From sequence record NC_010153.1: a stretch of DNA of 36,895 bases, one strand, 5' to 3'. The stretch's first letter is position 1; every line of letters begins with the position of its first letter. A program made the translations under genes and the position numbers. The notes under the pieces were generated by a model. That model saw nothing but the letters and a program-made list of their open reading frames with translations, ran no database searches and was not told where the DNA came from. Positions 15,585 to 24,758 of this stretch are shown piece after piece.

Positions 15585-15920
15585 TTGAAGATATCCCATG
15601 GCACTTCATCCCCTTCGTCAAGACAATCGGAGAAGAAAAATACGGGACAAACGATATGTGTTACGTTATCATTCGACTACGACGAATGGAGTCATCCGAT
15701 ATTCGTGGAGGGGACTATTTGCGAGCCACTGCAGGAGGGAAGGGAGAAGGAGCAGGTGAGGGAAATGATGGAGGAATTGGAGGATCAAATTCTGGACTTG
15801 TTCGGAGTGCAAGTTCTCCCTCTTCTCACAGACGAGGGGATTTGGTATGGTGGTGCAGTAGGAAAGAGGATTATTTGGTACCATCGCTATCCTTCGGACG
15901 GGAGGGAGTACACGTGGTAG
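15585..15920 (+). CDS. Acidic hypothetical protein, 111 aa
   Basis: Strong SD GGTGAGGAG before the TTG start; protein-like composition; stop overlaps the next start. Confidence 0.65.
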   Translation: MKISHGTSSPSSRQSEKKNTGQTICVTLSFDYDEWSHPIFVEGTICEPLQEGREKEQVREMMEELEDQILDLFGVQVLPLLTDEGIWYGGAVGKRIIWYHRYPSDGREYTW

Positions 15921-16330
15921 ATGCTAGGCAAGTTGTAAAACTAGACGTGGACGTGGACGTTACATGGTATGATCCAAACTGGTTACTGGAGAAGAAATTA
16001 TCGCTCTTGCACGCCCTAGGCTATAGAGAGGAGAAAGCCTGGTGGGAATTATCCCCGTCGGGAAGACATGTGCACCTGATAATTGTCCTTCCGAGTCCTC
16101 TCTCCACGAAGGAGCTCTTTGATCTTCAGTTTCTTCTAGGCGACGACCCAAAGCGTGTGGAGTTTAACTACTTGCGTTACAATGCCATTGGGGAAGATGC
16201 TATTCATTTTAACGTCCTCTATGCATACAAGAAGTCCTTAACACGGGTTGACAAGCTAAGGGCAATTTTCCGACATTGGGCGAGGTCTCTGCAATATTCG
16301 AAGAAGCGTAACGAGGGACAGATGACATAA
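15914..16330 (+). CDS. Candidate minimal replication protein (AEP primase-polymerase-like or HUH), about 138 aa
   Basis: GTG 15914 after SD GGGAGGGA; motifs LDVD, SPSGRHVH, LGDDPKR, LYAYKK. This is the C-terminal half of the 267-aa ORF-track call. Confidence 0.6.
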   Translation: MVDARQVVKLDVDVDVTWYDPNWLLEKKLSLLHALGYREEKAWWELSPSGRHVHLIIVLPSPLSTKELFDLQFLLGDDPKRVEFNYLRYNAIGEDAIHFNVLYAYKKSLTRVDKLRAIFRHWARSLQYSKKRNEGQMT

Positions 16331-16473
16331 TACAACACGCCCGGTATTTCCTCAACGATGGCGTATCTCACTTTTACATTCCCTACTTCTGCGAATCCTT
16401 CTTCCACAATTCTCATTTCATCTTTTTCTCTTGTGCAGATAAATTTAAATATTTTGTATCCTACCTTATACAC
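16219..16473 (-). CDS. Possible small protein (probable start at MRIVEEGF)
   Basis: ORF track; overlaps the convergent gene, so uncertain. Confidence 0.3.
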   Translation of the reverse strand: MYKVGYKIFKFICTREKDEMRIVEEGFAEVGNVKVRYAIVEEIPGVLYYVICPSLRFFEYCRDLAQCRKIALSLSTRVKDFLYA

Positions 16474-16833
16474 ATGGAAGAAGAAAAGAAAGAAGATGAA
16501 ATTCTCCTACCAGAAGAGAATAAGAGCGAAACAGAGAAAATTGTGGAGAGTATGATTTCCTCAATAGAAACTGATCTACCGTCGAACGTTGATTATGTGA
16601 CGGGAATAATGGTTGATGATGATAGGAACGTTATTGTAATAAAGAAGGGTAAAATATACGTTGGGAAGTCACTAGACGATGCTAAGCCAATAAAGGAATA
16701 CATGAAGAATGCAAACATGGCATTCTTGATAAATGCATTGTATATACTAAAGGAAATGGTGCCATCATACAAAGACATGTGGTCAGGGAAACTGGAAGAA
16801 GAATTCAGAAAAAGGTACAACGAGATATTCTGA
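16474..16833 (+). CDS. Hypothetical protein, 119 aa
   Basis: ORF track; TTTAAATA upstream. Confidence 0.8.
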   Translation: MEEEKKEDEILLPEENKSETEKIVESMISSIETDLPSNVDYVTGIMVDDDRNVIVIKKGKIYVGKSLDDAKPIKEYMKNANMAFLINALYILKEMVPSYKDMWSGKLEEEFRKRYNEIF

Positions 16834-16836
16834 ACG

Positions 16837-17217
16837 TCATTCCTCTTCTTCTCCTTCAAGGAATTTTTTCAATTTCTTTTTGCTCTTTTTCTTCAAGGGT
16901 TCAATCTCCACGTTCTCTTGTTGTTGCTTCTGGTTTACGAATTGTTGAGCTAGCATCATCTGTAGCCAGTTTGTTGTGGAGCCTTCCCCGGGTCTAATTA
17001 TTCCTGATTGCGTTAACAGCTGAACCATTTCATTAATGTTATTTAATGCAACCTTAACGTCATCAAGTGTCCATTTTCCTTTTAGGTGATTATCTAGAAT
17101 CTCGGCGACAGTCTTCACTGCTTTTTTCGTTTTATCTAGTTCTGCTTGTAGTTCTTCGATTTTCTTTTCTAGCTCCTCTATCCTCTGCTCTTCAGTTTTC
17201 TTTTCTTGCTCACTCAT
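16837..17217 (-). CDS. Coiled-coil protein, 126 aa
   Basis: ORF track; SD GGAGGTG; heptad pattern RIEELEKKIEELQAELDKTKK. Confidence 0.85.
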   Translation of the reverse strand: MSEQEKKTEEQRIEELEKKIEELQAELDKTKKAVKTVAEILDNHLKGKWTLDDVKVALNNINEMVQLLTQSGIIRPGEGSTTNWLQMMLAQQFVNQKQQQENVEIEPLKKKSKKKLKKFLEGEEEE

Positions 17218-17746
17218 TGTCTAACACCTCCTGGAGTTGTTTTCTCATGTCGTCGCTTTTCTGTGATTTCATGTAAATTACTACATACCCGTACTTCTCA
17301 TCATTACCAAATTGTACACGCAATGATCTCATGTGATTGCCTGCTCTTGTCTTGGTTTCCTGTAATGTCTTTTCTAGTATCCTTAGGATGACGTCACTTA
17401 ATGATACCATTACGACAGCGTCTCCGTCGTCAGTGACGTAAGCTCCTGAGTCAATCCCCATTTTCTTCAACTTTGAGAGGATCTTGTTGTTAACCTCTTT
17501 CAGATCAGCATCTACAAGCTCTTTCATACCGACTAGAAATAGCTTGCCGTTTTTCACCTTGGTGGACCATAACTCCTTGTTAATGTCAGCAGTCAATTGT
17601 TCCGAGAAATCTTGGAAGGGAATGGCAACAACCACAGACTTCTCGTTAATCGCTCCAGAGACTATTCGAATTCCCATATTTTCCAACGAAGAGACAAACA
17701 CCTTATACACGTACGCAACGGATCCTAGCAAACGAATTTTATCCAT
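17210..17746 (-). CDS. Hypothetical protein, 178 aa
   Basis: ORF track; overlaps the downstream start. Confidence 0.85.
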   Translation of the reverse strand: MDKIRLLGSVAYVYKVFVSSLENMGIRIVSGAINEKSVVVAIPFQDFSEQLTADINKELWSTKVKNGKLFLVGMKELVDADLKEVNNKILSKLKKMGIDSGAYVTDDGDAVVMVSLSDVILRILEKTLQETKTRAGNHMRSLRVQFGNDEKYGYVVIYMKSQKSDDMRKQLQEVLDNE

Positions 17747-17790
17747 AAACTAGAATTAGGGAAAAAAGTATAAAAATATATTATCCAAGT

Positions 17791-18288
17791 TCACGCTCTC
17801 TTTAGGAGTGCGTTTTCTATATCTGTCAACACTTTTGACATGTCTACGGTATGTGATTTCCCATCCTTTCCTATGAAGACGTAGACGTACCCAGATGATG
17901 TTCCTGGTGCGCCTATTGGCATTTTCTGCATTAACTCACGTAAATAGTTATCATGCATTTGAGTTAGTGGCTCACCTTTGTAGTCTAGGATATAGTTTGC
18001 AACAACTTTTTCAGCATACGCCATTAATAAACCTTGGAATGTGGGTGGTACGTTGTATTTTTCCGCTATCTGTTTCGTCACTTGCTTAGCTAGGTGAGAG
18101 GCTTGATAATCAGTTATCCAGTTGTATGTTTCTTGGTAAGAGAGTTGTTCTATTGCCTTGGCAACCATTGGATGTCCAGCAACTTCTTTCCCAAGTACAT
18201 GTGCAGTAGTGCCAACGTTCATTGTGAACCTCTTAGCATAATATCTCATTATAGAAGCTTGACTTAACCTCCTCTTTTTACCCGCCAT
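17791..18288 (-). CDS. Major capsid protein 1 (SIFV gp35-like), 165 aa
   Basis: Basic N-terminus; QETYNW.TDY..SHLAK, GLLMAYAEKV.ANYILDYKGEPL and VDMSKVLT motifs match the SIFV MCP as I recall it. Confidence 0.88.
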   Translation of the reverse strand: MAGKKRRLSQASIMRYYAKRFTMNVGTTAHVLGKEVAGHPMVAKAIEQLSYQETYNWITDYQASHLAKQVTKQIAEKYNVPPTFQGLLMAYAEKVVANYILDYKGEPLTQMHDNYLRELMQKMPIGAPGTSSGYVYVFIGKDGKSHTVDMSKVLTDIENALLKRA

Positions 18289-18299
18289 CTTTCACCACC

Positions 18300-18914
18300 T
18301 CATAATCCTCTCTCAATTTCTTCAAGCGCTGAATATGCACTTTCCATATTGGAGAATCCTTCAGTACCTTCGTAGTGTGGAGTCGTTGATACTCTTGCCT
18401 CTTGTAGTAAGATGCCAGCGTAAGAGTTTGGCAATGCTGGGTTCTTCGTCACGATACCGTCTACGACAGAGATTACATTACTCTCATCTAGAACAGTCTC
18501 ACCAAGTTCTTGAGCAACTGCTGGTACGATTCCCTTTAATGCGTTCCCAGTTTCTGCTATGATCTTCTTTATAACGTTTGGTTGTATACCTCTTGCTACA
18601 TACTTAGCGTAAAGGAAGGAGGCAGTCTCCTTATGCGTTAAGTAAACTGCGTATATCGCTTCATTTATTATCTGCCATAATGGGAACGTAGCTCCTGCTC
18701 CTGCTGAACTAACAAGAGTTGTTCTTAATAGATTGTGAACCTTGTTGTAAATGTTAACAAACACTTTCTCGTAATTGCTGTAAGCCTTCTCTACGAACTC
18801 TCTGGCATATTCTTCTCCCATCATGTTGACGAAGATACCATAGAGTTTACCCTTCCACCTTGTTGGTGTATCGTTCTTAATGTCAAACTTCCTATGTGCC
18901 TGTCTACCTGCCAT
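18300..18914 (-). CDS. Major capsid protein 2 (SIFV gp36-like), 204 aa
   Basis: MAGRQAHRKFD...TRWKGKLYGIFVN...SSAGAGATFPLWQIINEAIYAVYLTHKE closely matches the recalled SIFV MCP; tandem with MCP1. Confidence 0.9.
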   Translation of the reverse strand: MAGRQAHRKFDIKNDTPTRWKGKLYGIFVNMMGEEYAREFVEKAYSNYEKVFVNIYNKVHNLLRTTLVSSAGAGATFPLWQIINEAIYAVYLTHKETASFLYAKYVARGIQPNVIKKIIAETGNALKGIVPAVAQELGETVLDESNVISVVDGIVTKNPALPNSYAGILLQEARVSTTPHYEGTEGFSNMESAYSALEEIERGL

Positions 18915-18976
18915 ACTTCATCAATGTGTCTTCTTTTCACGCAAATATATAAACCTTTGGATACAAACAATATGTA

Positions 18977-19267
18977 ATGACGATAAAAAAGACGACGTTC
19001 ATCAGGTTGTGTTTTTGGACATTATCACAGGCTAGAATGTCTGGAATCAAGACGACGCCAAAAATAATGCTGTATTTTCTAGACGAGGTAAAGGTATCAC
19101 CACGAACCAAGGAGCGCCTACTTCTGCTCATTGACGAGTTAGATACGGGGAAGATAACGCCAAGGGAGTTCGCTCGTCGGCTGTTCTTGGAATACCCGCC
19201 ACCGACTAGAAAAGGGAGAGTGCTTTCGTTAAAGGAATTTAAACGTATAACATCCCTCGGCAAATAG
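18977..19267 (+). CDS. Hypothetical basic protein, up to 96 aa
   Basis: ORF track; start uncertain. Confidence 0.55.
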   Translation: MTIKKTTFIRLCFWTLSQARMSGIKTTPKIMLYFLDEVKVSPRTKERLLLLIDELDTGKITPREFARRLFLEYPPPTRKGRVLSLKEFKRITSLGK

Positions 19268-19447
19268 GTCAGACAATGACGAGGGAATATAAAGCACTTT
19301 CCTCTTTGCAGTTCTCACGCACTTGAGCGGAACGACTTTGTCTCCTACAACGACAGGGTAAACTTTCCCGACTTCGAAATTTGACTCTAAATATGCGGGA
19401 ATGTAAAGAACTAGTTTTCCCCCAATCTGCCTTAGACAAAGACTCAC
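19229..19447 (-). CDS. AbrB/SpoVT-like swapped-hairpin protein, 72 aa
   Basis: Internal repeat [10 protein letters not shown] / [10 protein letters not shown]; GTGA overlap with the upstream stop. Confidence 0.65.
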   Translation of the reverse strand: MSLCLRQIGGKLVLYIPAYLESNFEVGKVYPVVVGDKVVPLKCVRTAKRKVLYIPSSLSDLFAEGCYTFKFL

Positions 19448-19911
19448 CTAACGATCACCCCGTGTATTCCGCAGTCAATCTTCTTGTTGTAGGTAAAGAC
19501 CAACTCGGCACAGTATCCAATAGAGTTTATTTGCATTGGATTCAAGTCGTCATAAGCCTCAAATGTGACGATAGGCTCACCGTCATCATTGTATCCCTTC
19601 GACGTTTTCTTCACTAGGACATGAGAATCAAGTCTCAACATTTTTCCTATATATACATACACGGCGTTATTGTAAAGGGTAAAGGGCGGGTTAACCTCGA
19701 TTTCTGTCGCACCGTTGTAGCCAAGTTCGGCTAGTAAGATGGGGACAAAAACCGGCGGGATCTTTTTAATGTGCTCGTAAGCTAACACGACATTGTAATT
19801 ATCCGTGCAAAGATCGTAATGATTATCGTACTCGTCTAGGAACTTGTACTCGTCGCCTCTGAGACAGACGTATTTTTTACCCGAGGCGAGATACAGCTCA
19901 TAGATTTCCAT
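19444..19911 (-). CDS. Hypothetical protein, 155 aa
   Basis: ORF track; coupled operon. Confidence 0.8.
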   Translation of the reverse strand: MEIYELYLASGKKYVCLRGDEYKFLDEYDNHYDLCTDNYNVVLAYEHIKKIPPVFVPILLAELGYNGATEIEVNPPFTLYNNAVYVYIGKMLRLDSHVLVKKTSKGYNDDGEPIVTFEAYDDLNPMQINSIGYCAELVFTYNKKIDCGIHGVIVR

Positions 19912-19912
19912 T

Positions 19913-20545
19913 TTAAGTCTTCCCCTCCTTAGATATAATTTCTCTGCACAAGTTGAAAAAGTCTCCTATTGTTGCTACGCATTCTGGCGAGGAACAACCC
20001 ATGGCAAGTGCATTCAGTGCTGACTCGGCAGTATCCCATTTCTTCGCATACAGTGAGTAAAGCAATGTCAGAGCTGGCTTATTGTAGTGGAAGTACTTCA
20101 CTATTTTGAAACATTCTGGGTAATGCGAGTGTACATAGTCTTTCGCCCTATAATACATTTCTCCTCTAGACTGTACTTTACCCGTTACCAAGTTTAGTCT
20201 AGTCAGGATAGTATCTAGATCTGCGTTCTGCGTGTTAGTTGGTAAAGACGGTGGTCCGGAAACGAGTTTCTCTAGTTCCTCGCAGAGATGCTTCGCCTCA
20301 GTGTAAAGTAGGAATGCGTTTGTTAACGTCTGGAATATTGGCATTGTGTATGCATGATACGTATTGAGGATGGGATCATAATACGTGTGCAGGTGATCCC
20401 CCTTGACGGTTATATTGACAGAGACGGGATTGCATTGCACGAGAGCAAAGCCACGAATGTAATAAGTGTTGTATCTCTTTTCCACTGGTATCTTTTTAGC
20501 GAGGTCTAGCAACTTGACCAATGTTGCTGGTGTCCAATTTCCCAT
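19913..20545 (-). CDS. Hypothetical protein, 210 aa
   Basis: ORF track; coupled operon. Confidence 0.8.
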   Translation of the reverse strand: MGNWTPATLVKLLDLAKKIPVEKRYNTYYIRGFALVQCNPVSVNITVKGDHLHTYYDPILNTYHAYTMPIFQTLTNAFLLYTEAKHLCEELEKLVSGPPSLPTNTQNADLDTILTRLNLVTGKVQSRGEMYYRAKDYVHSHYPECFKIVKYFHYNKPALTLLYSLYAKKWDTAESALNALAMGCSSPECVATIGDFFNLCREIISKEGKT

Positions 20546-20568
20546 TGTGTATATCTAGCAAAACCAGC

Positions 20569-20757
20569 TTAAAAAATTTGAACCAGTGATACCAGTCTAG
20601 ATAAAATAGGCGTTGAGAAGATGAACGAAATAACGTCACCAATAGGAACGATCAAGAGGAAAAGGTCGACATTTTCAGCAATAAAACGAGAGATATGCTC
20701 AAAGAATGATAAGACAGCGCAAGCAATGATAACTGTGACGTCAACTAAATTTGTCAC
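20569..20757 (-). CDS. Small hydrophobic protein, 62 aa
   Basis: SD GGTGAG, GTG start overlapping the GT stop; FIAENVDLF motif shared with the 71-aa protein. Confidence 0.65.
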   Translation of the reverse strand: MTNLVDVTVIIACAVLSFFEHISRFIAENVDLFLLIVPIGDVISFIFSTPILSRLVSLVQIF

Positions 20758-21593
20758 GTTATCTCACCTTCAATCACGTATTCCCTCGCACGTTTCTTAA
20801 CTTTTGCAACTAGATCTTCGTATTCGTCTTTGCCCATCGTCAAAGCGTGGTTAATCTCATAGCGAAGCTCGTGAAGACTAAAATCCCATACTTTGAAGAA
20901 ATTGACACCATCTGGCGTGTAAGTATACTCATCCACGGGGTCGACGGGAAGACCCACTAAGTTCTCACGATAGCCGTGAGCGTTCACGAAAATAGGGATA
21001 GTACCCACAGCCATTGCCTCCACGGGTGGCAGACCAAAGCCCTCACTCTTTGATAGTGCTAGGAAGAATTTTGCCCTAGCGTAAAGCTCATATTTCTGCC
21101 TCTCCGAGAGGGAGAAGGCGGGGTAGTCAGGATTCCCCAGATTTCCAACGACGATTGTCTGAGAACGTAAGCCCATTTCTCTAGTCATAGAGTCAACGAG
21201 AGTGAGGTTTTTCCTATCAAAGAATCTGCTTTCACCCAGCGTCACGAATAGTTTGTCCCTCTTTTCCTCCACTTGGATGGGACGAATGTGCCTCTTCTTG
21301 ACACCTTTAGGTGGAAAACCAGCCTTGACGAACATTTCAAAGTTCCACATCGACGCCGTGATAAAGTTGTCGTAATGAGCCATTTCCTTCACGTAATAAA
21401 GTGCATTATAGACAGTGTCTCCCCATAACACGCAGTGAATGTCGTCCATAACTCCTTTAATCCTCTTTAGAAAGAGTATGGGATCATCAATGCAAACTTC
21501 AGCCTCAAACAGATTTCTGGTAATGACGAACCCCTCATACCTCGCTACATTCTCGTAAGAGCATTTTTCGCATGGAACATATGCGAGAGTCAT
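20754..21593 (-). CDS. GT-B (GT4-like) glycosyltransferase, 279 aa
   Basis: LSKSEGFGLPPVEAMAVG (E-x7-E motif). Confidence 0.88.
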   Translation of the reverse strand: MTLAYVPCEKCSYENVARYEGFVITRNLFEAEVCIDDPILFLKRIKGVMDDIHCVLWGDTVYNALYYVKEMAHYDNFITASMWNFEMFVKAGFPPKGVKKRHIRPIQVEEKRDKLFVTLGESRFFDRKNLTLVDSMTREMGLRSQTIVVGNLGNPDYPAFSLSERQKYELYARAKFFLALSKSEGFGLPPVEAMAVGTIPIFVNAHGYRENLVGLPVDPVDEYTYTPDGVNFFKVWDFSLHELRYEINHALTMGKDEYEDLVAKVKKRAREYVIEGEIT

Positions 21594-21877
21594 GGGTTAC
21601 ACAATTTACTATTCTTCAGCTCTGGTATATAGGTGCATAGCACGAGAATTATCTGGTTTAATAACTTGGTCTGGGGACTCTCATTTATTGCCGTCTCGAC
21701 TATCTGCTTGATCTTTTCCTGAAATTCTTCGCTTTCCACGAGTTGCACTATGAGTTTGTGAAGTTTTTTATCCTCATCCTCTTTTCTAGACTTATTTAGT
21801 CTGTAAATGTACCATATCATGAGCAAAAATGACGCTATTTCGTAAGTTGCGAATTGGATATCTAGAATGATGGACAT
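21590..21877 (-). CDS. Probable virus-associated pyramid (egress) protein, SIFV gp43-like, 95 aa
   Basis: N-terminal TM helix, helical body, C-terminal Cys pair; seventh gene after MCP2, the position of gp43 relative to gp36 in SIFV numbering. Confidence 0.6.
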   Translation of the reverse strand: MSIILDIQFATYEIASFLLMIWYIYRLNKSRKEDEDKKLHKLIVQLVESEEFQEKIKQIVETAINESPQTKLLNQIILVLCTYIPELKNSKLCNP

Positions 21878-21976
21878 GGTTATATCTTCTCCAGACGGGA
21901 AAATATAAGTTTCTTCACAACTGTATCCTTAATCGTTATATATTTGTCAAGCGACAATAGTAATTAGTGAGTCGAC

Positions 21977-22192
21977 ATGTCCTACAGCCAGATAAGCTCT
22001 GCATTAACATCAGTAGCAACTAACCTAGTCGTAGCAATAAGCAACTTCCTATCTGGAATAGCGTCCTTTATTGCGAACAACGCCGACCTATTTGTAGGGA
22101 TCGCAATAGCAGGACTTGTAATAGGGCTAGTTGCAAAGTTCGCATCAAGCCTACCATTCGTAGGACAGTTCATGAGCTATCTAGGTTTATAA
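21977..22192 (+). CDS. Small hydrophobic (membrane/envelope) protein, 71 aa
   Basis: Almost uncharged helical sequence; own promoter; FIANNADLF motif. Confidence 0.8.
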   Translation: MSYSQISSALTSVATNLVVAISNFLSGIASFIANNADLFVGIAIAGLVIGLVAKFASSLPFVGQFMSYLGL

Positions 22193-22208
22193 AAAAAGTA
22201 AAGTTAGT

Positions 22209-23198
22209 CTACTTTTTTTCTAGGATTTTCTCCCACATTCTCGCAATTTCCAAGTAGTTATACTTCTCTCTATACAGGATTGCCCTACCCTCTAGGTTCT
22301 CCTTCTTCTTTTCTGGAGTCCAATCTGCAAGTGCGACGATAAGCTTCTGATAAGCGTCCTCATGATCAGGATCCAGAAAGCGACCTACATGATATGGATT
22401 AGTGTACCAGAATCTTTTAAGACCACGGCTTTTTATCCAATAAACGTCATCCTTGGACAGAATCCACTCACTCCAAGCTCCTCCTTCAGTGACTACAACG
22501 TCCAGACCCAAGGCAAGGGCTTCAATTACTGGAATTTCAAATGCTCCCCCTCTGACGGGATAAAAGAGAATGTCACAACCAGCGAACAAGCTGTAGTACT
22601 GCTCATCGGGGAGAGGAGCTTTCAGAACGTTTAGCCCAAAAAGGCGAGGATCTTTCGTGTTTATCGCCGTAACTAGTGTGTATGCCTTATATCCTGAATT
22701 AGCGAGTTGGTGAAATGCCCAAGTTACGATATCACCCCCTTTCCTATCCCAACTATGAGGAATTATTCCTATAACACAAGGATGAGGAACATTCGCAGGC
22801 TCATATTCAAACATTCTAGGATCGAGAGGATGGGGAATGACGTGAATAGGCTTATTTACGCCCACGAAGCCTTGTTTCGACCACTGAGACGGAGTTACGA
22901 TTTCGTCGACAGGTTGTTCTTTGAAGAAATACAATGCCAGATTGCTCAGTCTGTCAGTGTCAGATACTTCAAAAACTACGTTCTTCCCGTAATGGGGAAT
23001 TCCCTTCCAGAATAATGGAGAGTTAAAGACAGTATAGTAGACATAGGCGTCGAATGCCATTGGTAACATCATCTTCGTCGTTTTATCCTTGTCGAACTCT
23101 ACGACTGTATGACCAAGTTGTTTTAGGGAAAAACTAAGTAGTGATGCTTGACGACTAAATGAGCCCTCCTTGAAATCCCGTACCAGAACGATTCTCAT
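22209..23198 (-). CDS. GT-B glycosyltransferase, 329 aa
   Basis: VRGGAFEIPVIEALALG; DEIVTPSQWSK; RKGGDI. Confidence 0.85.
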   Translation of the reverse strand: MRIVLVRDFKEGSFSRQASLLSFSLKQLGHTVVEFDKDKTTKMMLPMAFDAYVYYTVFNSPLFWKGIPHYGKNVVFEVSDTDRLSNLALYFFKEQPVDEIVTPSQWSKQGFVGVNKPIHVIPHPLDPRMFEYEPANVPHPCVIGIIPHSWDRKGGDIVTWAFHQLANSGYKAYTLVTAINTKDPRLFGLNVLKAPLPDEQYYSLFAGCDILFYPVRGGAFEIPVIEALALGLDVVVTEGGAWSEWILSKDDVYWIKSRGLKRFWYTNPYHVGRFLDPDHEDAYQKLIVALADWTPEKKKENLEGRAILYREKYNYLEIARMWEKILEKK

Positions 23199-23240
23199 GA
23201 TATAAAGAGTTAAAACCGTGGGTATAAAATACTTTTTAGG

Positions 23241-23798
23241 ATGAGGATAGTAACGTTTGCAGGTAATTTAACTTACATAGATGAAGTAGTTGAGAAGGAT
23301 AAAGTAACGGATATTTACGTTGATAAGTCATTCCATTATCCAGAAGGGCGGGAGTTGCACGCTAACGGCGTCAACATCCACCTAGTTGATACTGGTATTC
23401 CGCCATCTGGAATGGAAGTAATATACAGAAGACTTAGGATAGCGAAAATGCTACTCTTTATACTAGAAGACATACACGATGATATATTTTTCGTGGATAG
23501 TGACGTCGTAGTTGAGAATATGCCACCTTTCGAGAAGTTTGACAATGTAACGCCCTTATGCATCCCCGCAATACTTAAGCCAACGTCGTTCGTGGGAGAA
23601 TTCTGTTACCCAACAACTTTTTACATGCCAGCTGACAAGCACGATCAGCTAGAGAAAGTGTTGACGGACTACGTGGAAAATGGGAAATACGTAACAGATC
23701 CCGTTGATATTTTCATCCACAGTAAGATGGGAAGCGTGCCAATAAGATACCCTGGAGTGTGTCATTATATAAGAGGAGAAAAGGTGTGTTTGAAATGA
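23241..23798 (+). CDS. Putative GT-A-like glycosyltransferase, 185 aa
   Basis: FFVDSDVVV DxD motif inside the GT cluster. Confidence 0.6.
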   Translation: MRIVTFAGNLTYIDEVVEKDKVTDIYVDKSFHYPEGRELHANGVNIHLVDTGIPPSGMEVIYRRLRIAKMLLFILEDIHDDIFFVDSDVVVENMPPFEKFDNVTPLCIPAILKPTSFVGEFCYPTTFYMPADKHDQLEKVLTDYVENGKYVTDPVDIFIHSKMGSVPIRYPGVCHYIRGEKVCLK

Positions 23799-24694
23799 TA
23801 ATCTCGAAGCAATGTGTTAATTGTAGTTTCGACGTCGTCGCTACCCAATTTTATGAATGGCTGAGACAGAAGACGAACGACGTCGTCCTGCAGAAAATAG
23901 GTTGTAATGCTGATATAGAATTTATAGACGTTAACCTGTGGTGGACTCAATGTCAGCCCATTGACGATCTAGAATCACCAAATAGCGTAATAAGAGGTGA
24001 TTCGCCTTACCTTTACCTTAATCCAGATGAAATACAAGAAAAGTCACACCACGTCCTAATTGTGCCGTCCAACTATAATAAGAGAATGTTTGAGAAATTC
24101 TTTCACCACGTGGAAGTAATACCCCACGCTTATGATCCACACGAATTAGAAGTGACAAGGAGTGTGAAAGAGAAAACTTACGACGTGATCACGATAGGAT
24201 ATAATACAAAGGATGATCACAAGGGCTTAACGATAGCTAGAAGGGTGGCAAAAGAACTGAAATTGCACTATCTAGAGATTAGTAACGAGTGCGACGGACG
24301 TGAAAACTGTATTCAATTCATGTCACTCCCCCGAGAGGAGGTGTACAGGCTGATTGCACGATCTCGCTTTTACCTCGCCCTCTCTCACACGGAAGGGTTC
24401 GGATTGCCAGTGTTGGAGGCAATGGTTGCTGGCGTTATACCAATATTCGTTGACGGTCACGCATTTCACGAATACGCACAGGGTGTGAGGATACCGGCAC
24501 AAGAGGTAAAAGGCAAGTTCTGGTATGATTATGAATATAAAGACGTGGTTGAGGCTGTGCGTTATGCTATTTCAATGAAAAAAGAGGAATACGAAGACCT
24601 CTCGAGCAGAGTGAGAGAAAAAATCAGGACTGACTTTGATCCTTCTCTTGTTTATTCTCGTTTACTGGAGTCTTTTTTACGACGATTATCTTGA
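23795..24694 (+). CDS. GT-B (GT4-like) glycosyltransferase, about 299 aa
   Basis: LSHTEGFGLPVLEAMVAG; ATG 23795 forms an ATGA overlap. Confidence 0.88.
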   Translation: MIISKQCVNCSFDVVATQFYEWLRQKTNDVVLQKIGCNADIEFIDVNLWWTQCQPIDDLESPNSVIRGDSPYLYLNPDEIQEKSHHVLIVPSNYNKRMFEKFFHHVEVIPHAYDPHELEVTRSVKEKTYDVITIGYNTKDDHKGLTIARRVAKELKLHYLEISNECDGRENCIQFMSLPREEVYRLIARSRFYLALSHTEGFGLPVLEAMVAGVIPIFVDGHAFHEYAQGVRIPAQEVKGKFWYDYEYKDVVEAVRYAISMKKEEYEDLSSRVREKIRTDFDPSLVYSRLLESFLRRLS

Positions 24695-24758
24695 CTTCAT
24701 CCTTGATCTTGATTTTACTCATACATTTTTATTCTTAATACGAGTATTTAAACTTGAA

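Noticed and set aside
15527-16330. Single 267-aa ORF
   Set aside because: The N-terminal half is low-complexity off-frame sequence; two SD-led genes explain the region better.
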